Source of the DNA: Stegostoma tigrinum | Lineage: Eukaryota | Assembly: GCF_030684315.1 (NCBI RefSeq) | Contig: NC_081376.1 | Location: 10,017,049 to 10,081,048 of the forward strand | DNA length: 64,000 nucleotides | Reading direction: 5' to 3' | Part shown: one piece after another, positions 25,801 to 40,100 of the stretch | Layout of the letters: each line of letters begins with the position of its first letter | Position numbering within the stretch: the stretch's first letter is position 1 | Notes under the pieces: generated by a model | What the model was told of the DNA's origin: nothing | What the model saw: only the letters and a program-made list of their open reading frames with translations | Databases searched by the model: none | Made by a program: the position numbers and the translations under genes

Positions 25801-28567
25801 GGTGAACTGAGGATCCTTACCCAAAGATCTCTTGCAGTAGTATCCTTGGGCTATGATTGATGATATCCAACAATGACAATCGGCTTTGCATTGTGTATCA
25901 TTTCTTCCACTGGAAGTGGTTTCCCTTTGACTCCAAGTAATATGTTTTGAGTTTTGTTTGTGTGTCATACTTGATTGAATATCTTGGATAAAGCATCTAC
26001 ACTCATCTACTCTCTAGCATCTGCTTTCACATCCATATCTAGAACAAAACTATAACAAGTGGATCCCGTCAATTCCAAAGGGTGAGTAAGTGGGTTTTGT
26101 TTGTTGACTTTGATTACCAATCCTTCAGAGGAGACTGATCAGACAAGTCTTACCTGATCAGTAACCATTCTGCATTTGCTTTTTTAGTTCAATCAGGGCT
26201 GGTTACCTTTCCAGTTGTCAGGTAAATTCCAGTATCATCTCTACAGGGGTAAGCAGCTAACTTTGGTTTAGTTAAACATCTTGAATCTTGTCAGGCTTTA
26301 GAAGTTTTGCAAATGCTCAAATATCTGGTGTTAAGTGGAATTGAATAGTCCAACTTTTCATGGGTTTGCTAACACCAAGCTTCTGAGAAGTTGCCGTAGT
26401 TCCAGAGGACCGTAGAGCTGCGCTCTCATTCGAGAGATGGTTGATGGTGGTTTAACCTGTGGGTCAACATGCTTCAAGTAAAGGGCAAATTTGAGAAGAG
26501 CTGGACTTCATGGTAATCTGTTCTACTGTAGGATTGGAACCTGCCTAAGCTACTGTACTAAAAATTATGTTACAATTTTTTTCTTATTATTTTTGAAAGA
26601 TATTCTCTTTCTCATGCATTGCCTTCCAGAGTAGTAATGAACTGATGCAACCAGCTCCTTTCATACTAACACAAAAAATTGATTAAAAGAGTCAGTCTTT
26701 ATGTGGCCATTTGTTGTTTGTGCATTATTATTGGAATTTTTGACATTTTCCCCTGTTTTAGTATGTTTTAGAGGGAACGAAACTCCTGTAAGTGTGCACA
26801 GTGTAACTGAAATTAAGTTCCGGCAGCCAGGCAGGAAACCGATAATTGGTGCTCTCTGTCAGTGATTCAGTAATTGCAGTATTGACAGTGTGATAACTTG
26901 TGCACCTGGATTTGTTGCAGTGGCGAAAGATTGGAGGTGCTATGTAACTGGTGTTTAAATCCTGGGAGGAACAACTAATCTGCTTTATTTGTCTGTCCAG
27001 TGTCCAGGACCTTTTCACAGTGCACAATTGTGCTTGTCTGATTTGTTCTACAAATTTGGAGATCCTTCACTAATTCACTATAATTAAGTGGGCCGTTTTA
27101 CAATCTTGTTTTGTAGAGCTCTATGATTATTGCATAAGGGAAGGTTATGCTGACAAGAATCTCATTGCGAAGTGGAAGAAACAGGGCTATGAGAATCTGT
27201 GCTGTCTTCGCTGCATCCAAACCAGAGATACCAATTTTGGAACAAACTGCATCTGCAGGGTCCCCAAGAGCAAGCTTGAAGTGGTGAGTCTTTCTGTTTG
27301 TTTCTAAACTGAGATTTCCTCTCTACAGGGAATCTGTTCAGAACCCACAAACTAAATGAGTTGACCACAACATTCAGGTTGACATCTATTTGTTTAAGTA
27401 GACCACTGTGAAATAATACAGACTCCTTTACATTTTAGTTATGCTCGTGACAAATTAATAATTCACCCTTGTCTGAATCCTAAAAAAGTTTACAATAATT
27501 AAAGATAGAATATGCTTCACTATTTCAATACGCAAGTATCTTCGGTGTGAAGCACTTCCCATAATGCACCCATTGTATATTTTAATGGATAATAGTAATT
27601 AAATACTTTATTTTGCCTGGCATTTAGCATAGCACAGAATCTGTGTGATACCTTTTAAGGCTCCTGGTTACCTGCATGCAGCTTAGCTGCAACAGTGAAC
27701 CAAGTGGGCTGAAAGCATGAGTATAACTGCTGGAACAAATGGATCGGAGGAAAGTACAAGATCAGAGGAACAGGAGGGAAGAGTCTTGAGAGTTGTAAAG
27801 TTGGATGATGTTGTGGAGATAGCAATAGACAAGGCCATGAACAAATTTAAGCACAAGGATGAGGATTTTATTTTTATTTCCTGATTTCCCCAATTCCACA
27901 ATGTTGGTGGTAGCTAAGCAAGGCTTGATTAGAATATGAGCAAGAGGTTGAAGAATTTGATCAGGAGAGCACTGAATAAGTAACACTGAAAGGAAGATAA
28001 AACTAGCTAATTTCAACAGCAGATTTACTAAGGTATATTAGGGGTGGACAGTAAAACAGAAATGAAGTAGGTTGTTTTTGCGATGGAAAGGATGTGAGCA
28101 ATCAGGAATCAGCTTTGCATTATCAAATAGAATGTGTAAGTCTGGAATGGTTGATGCAGTTTCAGGTAATGATTAGGGGAGGGTGTGACATGGATATGGA
28201 ACTTCTTGTAGCACTTGAAGATGATAGTGTTGGTTTTGCCAGTCAAGAAATACCAACTCATTCAAGATTGGAAGTTGGGACAAGTGGTCTATATAGAATT
28301 AGTAGAAATTGTAGTAGAAATTGGTGGGTGGTGGTGGGGGAAATGCGAACCCCATGTGTTCAGGTGATATTGTCAAGGTTCAGGATAGAAAGAAGGAAGA
28401 GATGACCCAGGGATCAACTGTTGAGCGTTGCAGAGGTCTGAGTAGTTCAGAGTCCTTGTGATCATCAAAATTCAGCTTGAGACTGCTTTATAACCATTTC
28501 TCTTTTACCCCCGCAGGGCAGGATTATTGAGTGCACACACTGTGGATGCAGAGGCTGCTCTGGTTGA
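22471..28567 (+). CDS. BUD31: Protein BUD31 homolog (G10), complete, 144 aa; exons 22471-22564, 24314-24436, 27117-27283, 28517-28567
   Basis: Spliced product [22 protein letters not shown]...[26 protein letters not shown]...[14 protein letters not shown]; 94+123+167+51=435 nt; all GT-AG. Confidence 0.98.
22660..22830 (-). mobile_element. 3' part of a Deu-type (SacSINE1-like) SINE inside the CpG island
   Basis: acttgcatttatgtagcgccc...gtgtagtcgccgctgtaa...gcatagcaagatcccacaaa is the reverse complement of the tail seen at 41490-41655. Confidence 0.55.
23215..23575 (+). mobile_element. Penelope-like element fragment (GIY-YIG C-terminus plus terminal repeat)
   Basis: [35 protein letters not shown], typical of the PLE endonuclease end, followed by a ...ggtgatgaaacatctg hammerhead remnant. 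Confidence 0.7.
24314..24436 (+). CDS. BUD31: BUD31 coding exon 2
   Basis: tttttcttgtag| [41 protein letters not shown] |gtaaga. Confidence 0.97.
24902..25652 (+). mobile_element. Young 5'-truncated Penelope-like element with GIY-YIG endonuclease and 13-bp TSD
   Basis: Open frame [57 protein letters not shown]; flanked by cattaaccaaggt at 24889-24901 and 25653-25665. Confidence 0.9.
25527..25558 (+). ncRNA. Minimal type I hammerhead ribozyme motif in the PLE terminal repeat
   Basis: CUGAUGA (25529-35), stem II GGGU-CUAG-GCCC, GAAA (25549-52), palindromic ACGU, GUC cleavage triplet; stem I only 2 bp. Confidence 0.65.
27117..27283 (+). CDS. BUD31: BUD31 coding exon 3
   Basis: ttgttttgtag| [35 protein letters not shown]...SKLEV |gtgagt. 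Confidence 0.97.
27690..28440 (-). mobile_element. Old L2-type LINE fragment
   Basis: [26 protein letters not shown] resembles the L2 ORF2 C-terminal motif; heavily decayed. Confidence 0.55.
28517..28567 (+). CDS. BUD31: BUD31 last coding exon
   Basis: ttttacccccgcag| [19 protein letters not shown]. Confidence 0.97.
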   Translation, partial: GRIIECTHCGCRGCSG

Positions 28568-28791
28568 ATTTGTCCGTATTGGATGTAAGGGGTTTTAGTT
28601 TATGTATAATCATTTTTATTTTGAGTCAATATTTGGACCATAATTAGGACAAGATGTATTCTGTACACTTTGGCTGTCTTCTAACTAGCTTTTCTTTTCC
28701 TCAAAATGGAATATAATGAATTAAAATGTATTTTAAAAGTGAAGTTTCAGAGCACTGTAGTCTTTATAAAATAACAAACAGTTTTAGAACC

Positions 28792-28797
28792 AATAAA
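28792..28797 (+). terminator. Candidate BUD31 poly(A) signal (alternatives at ~29050 and 29351)
   Basis: AATAAA about 225 nt after the stop codon. Confidence 0.45.
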
Positions 28798-30839
28798 ATG
28801 CACAAGTTGACCTGGATGGCATTCATGTCCACTCTGAATCACCATGTTATAAAGGCAGGTAATTTGACTTTGGGTAATTAAACCTTGGGTTACTGCAGAC
28901 AGCCTATAAAAGATGACTGTGGCTGCTCTGGGCTGGCTCGTTCTTTCAAACTAATTAATCAATACTAAACTATTATTGAAAGTCATCCTGTTCTATATCG
29001 TTGGTTATCCTTTTCTGTTGATTTGATCTGCACTTAAAAGTTACTGTGAAATAAAGTTAATGTTCATTTTCCTGTACTGTTTGTTTTGCTTAAACTTTCT
29101 ACAAAAAAAACTGAGTGCCAATTTCCAGGTCTGTTTCCGGGTACAGAGGTAGATAAATTTTGTTTCGCTCATTAGCCTGCATTGTCACCCATACAAAGTA
29201 AACTCTTTACTGCATAAGGCTCCTTTGTTATCAAGATCAGTAATAATAAAGATCAATACGTATCTAATACCTTGTATTCAGAAGCATTTATGTGTCCAAG
29301 TTTAGCTCTTGTACTTAATTAAAATGAAGAATATGGCAGATGTTTTTTGCAATAAAACCATTTGAAAGATGAGTTCCTTTTCTTCCCTTCAAGTGAGTGC
29401 ATTAGATCAAATCTTATGGTGAGACAGTTGGTTCACGTTACATATTCAAGGTACTGGGAAATTATTCCTCATTTGACAACACGCTCTGACTTCATGCATA
29501 CTGTCTCTTGGAATTTATTTTCCTAACTATTACTGCATCCTTTACTTTCTTTTTCTAAGAGCAGGTATGTGCAGGGATATTTAAGTTTGGTTTTCACTGA
29601 GCTTATCTACCAATATCAGCTTGGTCCTGATGTGATAGATGTACTTTTTTTAACATCAGGAACGTAGATCATTTCTGTAATTTTTTTAAAGGGTTGCCAG
29701 TGTGAGAAGTATGTTCTTCACTGCAGCAAATGTCAGGCTTGTACTTCCAAGTGCACGTAGTACAAGGGTAGTAGTCTAATCATACAGTTGCCACACTGAG
29801 CTTATCAGTCAAATCTTGAATCCAATCATACCAATACCTTTTGTATTAAAAGCAAGGTTTTATTTGTTAATATGCTGATTTAGGGTTCAGGTTACTGTTA
29901 TGTAAAAGTAACAAGATTGATACTGTTCCTCTATATATTGTTTCCCAATAATGTTTTATATTCCACCCCTCAGAGGACTAAGTGGGTAAAACCATGAAAT
30001 ATATTTTCAAAGTAAATATTAAACTGCGTTATCCAGAGTTTCTGTAAATCTGAGGCACTTGTGGTGCTGGCTCGAAGGGCCGAATGGCCTACTCCAGCAC
30101 CTATTGTCTATTATGTCATCTATAAACTACAAAGAAATGTATCACATAGCTCATGTTTAGAAAGTGGTTTTCCTTCATTTCTCTACAATTCCTGTTTTTT
30201 CAGACACCGTCCCCAATTTTTTTAAAAATTCAAAATAACCCTGAAACCCCATGTTAGTAAATGGATAGAAAATAAAACATCTTTTGAAAAACTAGATAAG
30301 GCTTGTCCTAAAGAGATCAGAAAGCCAAAGTAGTTGTCTTGGCCCTGCAGTAGTAGAGCTGGAAATGAAAGACCAGTGCTTTCCAGATCAGGATTGACCT
30401 GAGAGCTGGCAATTGTAGAATGACTCACCAGAGGAGGACACCCTTTCGCTCATTGTGCCGTCACTGGCTCTGTGAAAGAGATATCCAACTGCATTCACTG
30501 CTCTGTTCTTTACCTACAGTCCTGCAATTTTTGCAACTTAGTGGTCCTTTTAGGGAAGGAGATCTGTCATCCTTACCTTGTCTTGCCTACCTACAATGTC
30601 AGACTTTCGGAAATGAAGTTGACAATAAGTGCCCCTGAATAATTAAGTATGAGTAATCAATGTTGCTTTTCAGTAATGGCCGCATCCTGTCATCAAGTTT
30701 TAAAAAACTATCCAATTCCTTTTGAAAGATGTTTGTTTGAAGCAGGTTCAATAACATCCAGTTCACCAGTCATAACTTTGGCAAGTTTTCTTCAATCCAC
30801 ATTCTTATGGATGCTAACCTGGCTGCATGTACTATTCTG

Positions 30840-33130
30840 CTGTTTGTGATTTTTGAGTATCTAACAAATCTCTGAACATTTGCTTGAATGGAGAACAACC
30901 ACAACTTTTATACTCACGTAACTAAAGTCTAGTATCATTCTCATAAATCTGTGCACCCTCTCTAAGGCTCTGAAATCCTTGATGAAGTGTGGCACCTGGA
31001 ATCATCACAATATTCCAGCTGAACGTAACCAACCTCTATGAAAATGTGGCATAATTTCCTTGTTTTTATAAATAGAAGCACAGAATGTAAAATAAAGGTT
31101 CCCACATCTTTTTAACAACTTTGAAGGTGACAGGACAGGTTTAGAAGGATTGGGTACCTATGTTCACACATCTCTCTGTTCCTGCATTCACCCTCAGATT
31201 GTTCAGTTTACTTCATATTGTCCCTGAAACCAATTCACAGTTCTAGCTTAAACTTTAACAGGCATGTGTCTGCCCATTTTGTTTGTCCGTGTCCTCTTGC
31301 ACATACCTCACTGTTAACACAGTTTTGTCATCTTTGGACTTTGAAATTTTGCTCTGCAGTAACAAATGATGAACCAATGCTGACTATTGCATGATATCAT
31401 GGAAAGACCTCAGTTTAAGATGATGGTTTCTGAACTGTGACTAATTCTGCATAGACAGTCACTACCCCTTCAAGCAAATTAGTGTAAATCTTGCTCGGAA
31501 TTTTATCACCTGGTGTCTTATTGAAATTGTTTCAAACATTCATAGCCACATCAACCAATCTAACCTCAGCAACTCTTACTTCATCACCGTATTTTCATTA
31601 AATAGTTCCATGCTAGCTTTCATTTCCTAATTTAAAAGTGATGATTGATTTGTCTCCAAAATCCACCTCTCCACCAATTATAGGCTGACTGGCCTATTAT
31701 TAGAATGAACCCTCTTCGTTCCTGAACACCGGTGAAACAGTTGAAATCCCTTGCTCTACGGCGACAGTGCCACATCAAAGAAGTTTGGAAGACTGCAGCC
31801 AGAGCCTCTTGAATCCAATCTGGACCAGCTGACTCTTGTGCTTTGAATGCTGCAAACCTTTCAAGTATTTTTTAATCCTATTTCTCTACAATCTCCACTG
31901 TGATATTAGCAACATCCTCGTCGTCATGAAGGCAGAATACTCATTTACTACATCATTTACTACAAAATTAATGTACCACTTACAAAAATCTCACCCCAGG
32001 CCCCACTTACCTCTGACTAATCATATGTTTATAAGACTTCTGACTTCCCTTTTATATTACCTTTGTTATGACACTTTATTTACTCCTCATATCTTTCTCA
32101 GTTCTTCCCACGTTTTCTGTTTAGTTTTCTGCTGAATTACATCGTAACAACATCATAAATCCTTCTGGTTACATTTTATTTTCTATCACTTGCCATTCTA
32201 GTTTGAGATGTTCAACTTCTCCCTAGTAGGATTATGTCTATTCTAGGTCTCTTCTTTGAACATCTCGGAATGCTCATTTACTATTTTACCTGCCCCTTGA
32301 TTCCCCAGAAGTAGTCTAGCACCTTTCTGAACAGGCTGAAAACTTTTGATTAGGATTGTCTTTGTGCACATTTCAGGGATTCTTCCTTCTCTTTGTCTTT
32401 ACACTGTTATTTTCCTACTCTACATTAGTATAAGGATATTTAAACATCCCCATTATCAGTTCTTATGCATTACTGCAATCTTTGTACAAATTGGCTCCTC
32501 TATCTCCATCCCATTACTTGGCAGCCTATAATATATCCAGTAACGAGAGTAGCTTCTCTGTTGATTCTTTAGAACAAAATAGATTCAATGTTTGAACACT
32601 CAGGACATTTAGCCCTTACTGGTGCTGTAACCACAGCCTCGCTCATGTTGTTACCACTGCCTCCTTTCTTTCCTTCTCTGTCGTGTTCAAATACACTGCT
32701 AACTATAAATATGAGGTCCACTTCTTTCCTAGTTTAAACTGACTCTCCATTACAGCTGCTGTGTTGTAATCTTATATACCTACTTGTCCTTGCAACTCAC
32801 CAATCTTATCTCAGCATGCTGTGTGCACCAAGTCCATCTCTGGCCAATTTTTTACGGTCCAATGTCCCCTATATCTGAGCTACCTTTTCCTTATGCTACT
32901 TGTTTTTCCCAGTCCCATCTGTATCTTAATTATTTTCACTATTTATCCTGGTGTTGCTGCTCATGTCAAATTAGTTTAAACATTGCTTTACAACACTAAG
33001 CCACCCCCCCTTCCAAGCATTAATTGCAATCCTGGTCAGGTGCAATCTGTTCACTGTTTATGAGTCTGAGGGCTCCAGGAATCTGAAGCCCTCCCTTCTG
33101 AAACCATACTCCAGCCAAGTGTTCACCTGT
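30840..33130 (-). mobile_element. Highly decayed CR1 LINE between the BUD31 and PTCD1 3' ends
   Basis: Recognisable blocks such as ctgtgcaccctctctaagg..aagtgtggcacctggaatcatcacaatattccagctg and ctgactggcctattat; no intact ORF. Confidence 0.45.
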
Positions 33131-33795
33131 CTTATTGCTTCCTTACTTATGTGGTGTGGTAAGTAATTCAAAGGTCAAATTTCTAAATAGGCAGTCCTGT
33201 TTCTTACTGTGTTATCCTGTATAAATTTAATGAGGTTGGAAAAGAAGCTTCATGTATGGGCCATGGAACAAAAATCAAAGCTATCCCTGACATAGATGAT
33301 GTGCAGAGTATATGTCACAAAAACAGAATTGATTACATTCAAAAATCAAAGTGAATTTTCTATTTCCTGTCCTCTTGCTGAGCAGGACTATCACTAAACT
33401 TCCTCAGAAGCTGGACGTTTTTGAGGTCACGAGTTACTGTTCAGTGGTCCTGGGTGTCAATTCTGCTTGTCCTGTTTAAAGCCCATATGGTTTTCTATTT
33501 GAGTCATACAGCATGAAAACAGACCCTGCAGTCCAACCAGTCCATGCTGACCATAATCCCAAACTATGCTATTCCCACCTGCCTGCGCTTGGGTCCATTA
33601 TCCCTACAAATGTTTCTTATTCTTGTACAATAAAAGAACTAAAAACGAGTCAAAATAAAAATTTTATACCATTGAAATGTAATAACCACAACAAATCTTG
33701 AAGTAAATCTAGAAATAAGCTGGAATGTCAGGAGCAGCTGCGAGATCCACATTGCCCTTAGTCCACCATTTTAGAATTTGTTGAAGTGAGATCTC

Positions 33796-33801
33796 TTTAT
33801 T
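33796..33801 (-). terminator. Candidate PTCD1 poly(A) signal
   Basis: AATAAA on the minus strand about 240 nt after the stop codon. Confidence 0.45.
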
Positions 33802-34041
33802 CCACTGCACAAACATAGTAAATAAATTCAATAACTCGAACAAATTTACAGAATTAATTTTGCTCTATATATTTCTATTGTGACACTGAGTGTACAGTTC
33901 CATTGACTTTCAGAACTATGAATGGCCGAATCACAGTGAATGAACTCAGTGGAAATGAAAGACAGAAAAGTTGATGCTGCAAGGTTTAGTGAGGTATCAG
34001 TCTTCAATTCTATACTGTTTCACCATTCTGGATACTTATGT

Positions 34042-34185
34042 TTATTCTGTTGCTGGGACATGGCCCTTAATCCTGTACTTTTCCCATGGATGTGGTGTTT
34101 CTGCTGCAGGCATAAAGTTTAACCAGCGATAGTAATATCCACGAAAGCCATCAATTTTTTCCAGATAGACATTTTTTGACTTGTA
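34042..34185 (-). CDS. PTCD1: PTCD1 last coding exon
   Basis: tttcttcccag| [43 protein letters not shown]. Confidence 0.95.
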   Translation of the reverse strand, partial: YKSKNVYLEKIDGFRGYYYRWLNFMPAAETPHPWEKYRIKGHVPATE

Positions 34186-37100
34186 CTGGGAAGAAAGGGA
34201 AAATAAATCAGCTGATGAATACTGCAAGTACTTTATAAAAGCTTGTAAAATTGCTAATAACAGATAGTAATAATGTTCTCATATTAGAACATAGAACAGT
34301 ACAGTACAGACCCTTCGGCCCATGATATCGTGCCGCACTCTTACCCTAATCCTAAGGTCTATCTAACCTCCACCCCTACCTTATACTATCATCCATATGC
34401 CTATCTAATTGCCACCTAAATGGCCCTAATGAGGCTGACTCCATCACCCTCTCCGGCAATGTATTCCACACCCCTACTACTCTCTGAGTAAAGAACCTAC
34501 CTCTGCCATCTCCCCTATATCCATCTCCACTCACTTTAAAACTATGCCCCCTCGTAATAGCTACCTCCACCCTAGGAAAACGTCTCAGGCTGTCCACTTT
34601 ATCTATACCTCTGATCATCTTGTACACTTCTATCAAGTCACCTCTCATCCTTTGTCATTCTAAAGAGAAAAGCCCTAGCTCTCTCATCCTTTCCTCCGTT
34701 ACAGGCAATATCCTAGTAAATCTCCTCTGCCACCTTTACCAACACTTCCACATCTTTCCTGTAATGAGGTGACCAGAACTGGACACACTACTCCAGATAG
34801 GGCCAAACCAGGCTTTCGTTTAGCTGGAGCAAAACTTCTTGGGCTGAAAACTGGCTCTTGAGCTCAATTCCTCTATTAATGAAAGCTAACACACCATATG
34901 CCTTTGTAACAACTTGATCCAAATGGGTGGCATCTTTCAGGGAAGCGTAGACATGAACCCCAAGATCCCTCTGCTCCTCTACACTGCCAAGAATCTTTCT
35001 GTTAACTCTGTATTCTGCTTTCAAGTTTGTCCTTCCAAAATGAATCACCTCACATTTTTCAGGGTTAAACTCCATCTGCCACTTCTCAGCCCAGCTCTGT
35101 ATCCTATCAATATCCCTTTGTAACCTAGAACAGCCCTCTGCACTGTTCACAACGTATCGTCCACAAACTTACTAATCCACCCTTCCACTCCTTCATCCAA
35201 ATCATTTACAAAAATCACAAATAGAAGAGGACTCAGAACAGACCCTCGTGGTACACCACTCGTTACTGAGCACCATGTTGAATATTTCCCATCCACTATC
35301 ACCCTTTATCTTCTAAGGGTCAGCCAATTCTAAATCCACTCTGCCACATTTCTCCCTATCCCATGCCTCGTTACCTTTTGCATGAGCTACCATGGGGAAC
35401 CTTATTAAACGCCTTATTTAAGTCCATGTATACCACCTCCACTGTTCTCTCTTCATCCAAGTGTTTGGTCACCTCTTCAAAGAATTCAATAAGGTTTGTG
35501 AGGCATGATCTACCCCTCACAAATCCATGCTGACTATCACAAATCAAACAGTGCCTTTCCAAGTGATCATAAATTCTATCTGTCAGAGCCCTTTCCAATA
35601 CCTTGCCCACCACTGACGTAAAACTAACTGGCCTGTGATTTCCGGGGTTATCCCTATTCCCTCTTTTGAGCAAGGGAATGGCATTTGTCTCTCTCCAATC
35701 TTGCGGCACTAAACCCGTGGAGGACAACTGTAAGTGAGGATGAAAAGATCATTGCCAACAGCCCTGCGATCTCTTCCCTCGCTTCCCATAGAATCCTTGG
35801 ATAAATCCCATCAGGCCCGGGGGACTTACCTATCTTCAAATTCCTCAAAATTCCTAGTACATCTTCCTTACTAACATCGCCTCCTCTATCCCACCAGCAT
35901 GTTTCACACTGTCCTCCTCTACAACTAGGTCCCTCTCAGTTGTTAATGCTGAAGAAAAGTATTCATTAAGGACCTCTCCTATCTCTTTAGACTCTGTGCA
36001 CAAATTCCCTTGACAATCCTCGATCGGCCCTACTCTTTCTCTTATTCCTCATGTATGTGTAAAAAGCTGTGGAGATTTTCTTGATCCTATCTGCCAAGGT
36101 TTGCTCATGCCCCCTTATAGGTCTCCTAAGCCCTTTCTTCAGCTCCTTCCTTGTATCCCTCTGGAGCCTTTTCCATTCCTTGTTTCCTAAACCTTACATA
36201 AGCCTCCTTCTTCCTCTTAACCACTTGTTCGACCTCTCTTGAGAACCAAGGCTCCCTCACTCGACCGCATCTTCCCTGCCTGCTCGGGACAAACATATCG
36301 AGCACACGCAGTATGCATTCCTTAAAGAATCTCCACATTTCTATAGTGCTCTTCCCTGACAGTATCTGTTCCCATTTTATGTTACCTAGTTCTTGCTTAA
36401 GAGAATTGTAATTACCCTTCCCCCAACTATAAACCTTACCCTGCTGTATGTACCTATTCCTTTCCATGACTATTGTAAAAGTAACAGAGTTATGATATAT
36501 ACCGCATATTGTTCTTGTAATATGTAAAAGTCTAACAGATTGGTTACATCCTATATCACAGATGGTCAGATGTAATGGGTGATTTAGTATTTTGGAAGGA
36601 AGATTAATAATGCATTGAATTGACCAATTACTGTCCCTCACACTTAATTATAACTTTACTGCAGCTGAAAGAAGCACAATAATGATCAGCTATAGCAATT
36701 ATAGGGTACAGAAAAGGTCAGTTCACATCCTCACACAATCAGTCTGGTGCAATGCTGAAAATATTCCCCAATATTCTTTTTTTCTTACTTGTTATTTTTT
36801 AACCTTTTCATGTATTTGCACATACTGTACAAAGAATTTTCATCTGCAGTCCTTGTGGTTTGGGTGAGATATTTGGTGAGATCCTATCTGCATGTTGCCG
36901 TTAGGTGTTAAAAAACAGTTTTTATAATTCTGGTTGACATTCCTTTCCGGTTCAACACCATCAATAATCACATTGGAAAATATACCAACTTTTGATAAAT
37001 AACATACACGAAGGCACCGTAAAAGCAGTTTATCACTGCAACATGTCACATGTTATGTGCGACATAACTGGGAGTGATCTGTCGGTAACTTATACCATTC

Positions 37101-40100
37101 CCATTCTGGCTCTAATCGCTGCTTGAAGCACTACACAAATTAAAACACTGCATCAGGACGACTGAAAACAGCAAGTCCCCACTGGAAATAATATTCCAGT
37201 ATGTGCCCAACACGTCACTCTGCCTTGCTTTGACAGTTTAAAATTGTTGTAATGGCACTGGCATACAGCCAGTTTCTAACATTAGGCACTGAGGGAATGA
37301 AAGAAAGTTCTGGCAGTTAAAATCACATCCCTCAAGGAGTGGCCAGAGAATGCTACATGTCAAGGAGATGGATGCGTGTTGGCTGATACCCACCTTATTT
37401 CCTTAGCAACACTGCTGCTCCAAAAAAAACCTCTTTCACTAAAGTATAGGGATTAATGTACCTTGTCAAATTTTGGAGGATACTTGACTGCAAATTCCAG
37501 TTGCCTAAGGACAACTTTGTTGGGTCGAACTTGATTTCTTGCCATATCTTGTAGGATCTTTGTGAGATACGTATAGTCCAACTGCTTTGTTGCATTGTTG
37601 ATCAAGGTGCTATACACGTTGACATTGGGGGTTAATCCAGACATCTGAAATAATGGGAAAATTTCAGTAATCCCACAGTCATATAAATACTTATCAAGAA
37701 CCTAGATGAAACACCAATCTGGAAAGAAAATCATTGAAGACAAAATGGTTAATCAATTAGTAGTTGTTTAAGCACACTAACTTTTAAGCATTCCTGGTAA
37801 CATTCAACTTTGTGGGAAAGATAGCAAACTGACCGAAACCTCTCCATGATCTTGGGCCATGACTGCGGTCAGTTCAGCTGCAAGACCACCATACAGATAT
37901 ATCCTGCTTTATGCCATTTATTAGGCAGGAAACCATTTTACTAAGTTCTCTGCTAACTGAAGTTATAAGGACAGACAGGAAAACTGGGGGGAGCTGCGTA
38001 GATGTGTATATCCAACTCAAATGGTCTGTTAATGAAACAATAGCTAATTGGACACAGGAGGCTCTGATGTAATTAGGATAGGCAGGCAAGGGGAGCATCA
38101 AAAAACACTCCAGAGAGCAAATTTTTACTGAAGTTTAGGAAAATAAAACAAAACATTTCTGTGCATCCCTTTTGTCTCTCATAATCCCATCTGCTTTCCC
38201 AATCTTTATTTCATTCTTTGGTCATGATTAAAATCTAATTTATACTTCCTGGTATCCCTAGTTGGGAGGGATGACCTAGTGGTATTGTAACTAGACTGTT
38301 AAGCCAGAAACTCACCTAATATCCTGGGTTCAAATCCGATGGTGGAATTTGAATTCACAGCAATATGGTTGACTCTCATCTGGCCTCTGAAATCGGCTAG
38401 CAAGCAATAACTGCAAACGCTCAGGAAAGAAGTGAAAGCAGATGGACTACTTAAGCAGTGGAATCTGTTGACCATGCAACTCCTCCTTACTAACATCTGG
38501 GGGCTCATGCCAAAATTGGGAGAGCTGTCTCATAGACTAGTCAAGCAATAGCTTGATATAATCATGCTCACAGAATCCAAAATTACATTGTCCCAGACAT
38601 CTCCATCACCATCTCTGGATATGTTCTATCCCCCCAGCAGAGGTGGAAACACAGTGGTATACATTTGGGAGGGAGTTGCCTGCGAGTCCTCAACATTGAC
38701 TCCAGACCTCATGAAGTCTGATGGCTTCAGATTAAATATGGGAAACCTCCGCTGATTATCACGTACCATCCTCCCTCAGCTGACGAGTTGGTACTCCACC
38801 ATGTTGAACAATACTTGGAGGAGGTTTTGAGGGTGGCAAGAGTGCAAAATGCACACTGGGTGGGGGATTTCAATATCCATCACTAGGAGTGGTTCAGGAA
38901 CAGCACGATTGCCTGAGCTGGTCAGGTCGTACAGGACACAGCTGCTAAATTGGGTCTGTGGCTGGTAGTGAGGGGACCAACATGACAGAGAAACATACTT
39001 GACCTCATCCTTATCAATCTGCCAGCTGCAGATGTATCTCTCCATTATGGTATCTATAAGAGCAACCACCACACAGTCCTTTTGGAGATAAAGTCCCTCC
39101 TTCACACTGAGAGTACCCTCCATCATGCTGTGTGGAACTAACGTCGTACTAAATGGGACAGACTTCAAGAAGATCTAGCAACTCAAGACTGGGCATCCAC
39201 AAGGCACTCTGGGCCATTAACAGAAATAGAATTGTACTCCAGTACAATCTGTAACCTTGCCTGGCATATCCCCTATTCTGTCATTACAATAAATCCATGG
39301 ATCAATCCTGGTTCAAATGAACGAGCAGGAGGGCCTGCGTGGACTACCAAACAGGACTACCTGCATGCCAAACAACATAAGCATCAAGTAAAAGACAGGG
39401 CTAAGCTATTCCAAAACCAACAGATCAGATTTAAACTCTGCAGTCTTGCCAAACTCAGTTGTAAATGGTGGACAAATAACAACCTACTGGAGCAGGAGGA
39501 TCCACAAATATCCCCATCCTCAATGATGGAAGAGCCCAACACATTTGTGCAAAAGCTAAGTCTGAAGCTTTCACAGCTACCTTCAGCCAGAAGGACCCAG
39601 TGGATGATCCATCTCCGCCTCCTCCAGTGATCTCCAGCATCACAGATGTAGAAGTTCAGCTGAAAGTGCCACATGAAGTCACGGGTTACAAGAGCACATC
39701 AGAGGCCAGGAATGCTATGGTAGTGACTCACCTTCTAACTCACCAAAGTGTATCCACCATCTACAAGACACAAGTCAGGACCATGATGGAATACTCCCCA
39801 CTTTCCTGGATAGGTGCAGCTCCAACAACACTCAAGAAGCTTGACACCATCCAGGACAAAGCAGCCCGCTTGACTGGCACCACATCCACAAGCATTCACT
39901 CCCATCGATGCCAAGTAGTAGCAGTGGGTACTATCCATAAGATGTACTGCAGAAATTTGCCAAAGATGCTGAGACAGCACCTTGCAAAACCAAGACCACT
40001 TCCATCTAGAAGGACAGGGGCAGCAGATACATGGGAACACCATCACCTGCAAGCCCCCCTCCAAGGCACTTACCGTTCTGGCCGAGAATGGCGGAGAAGC

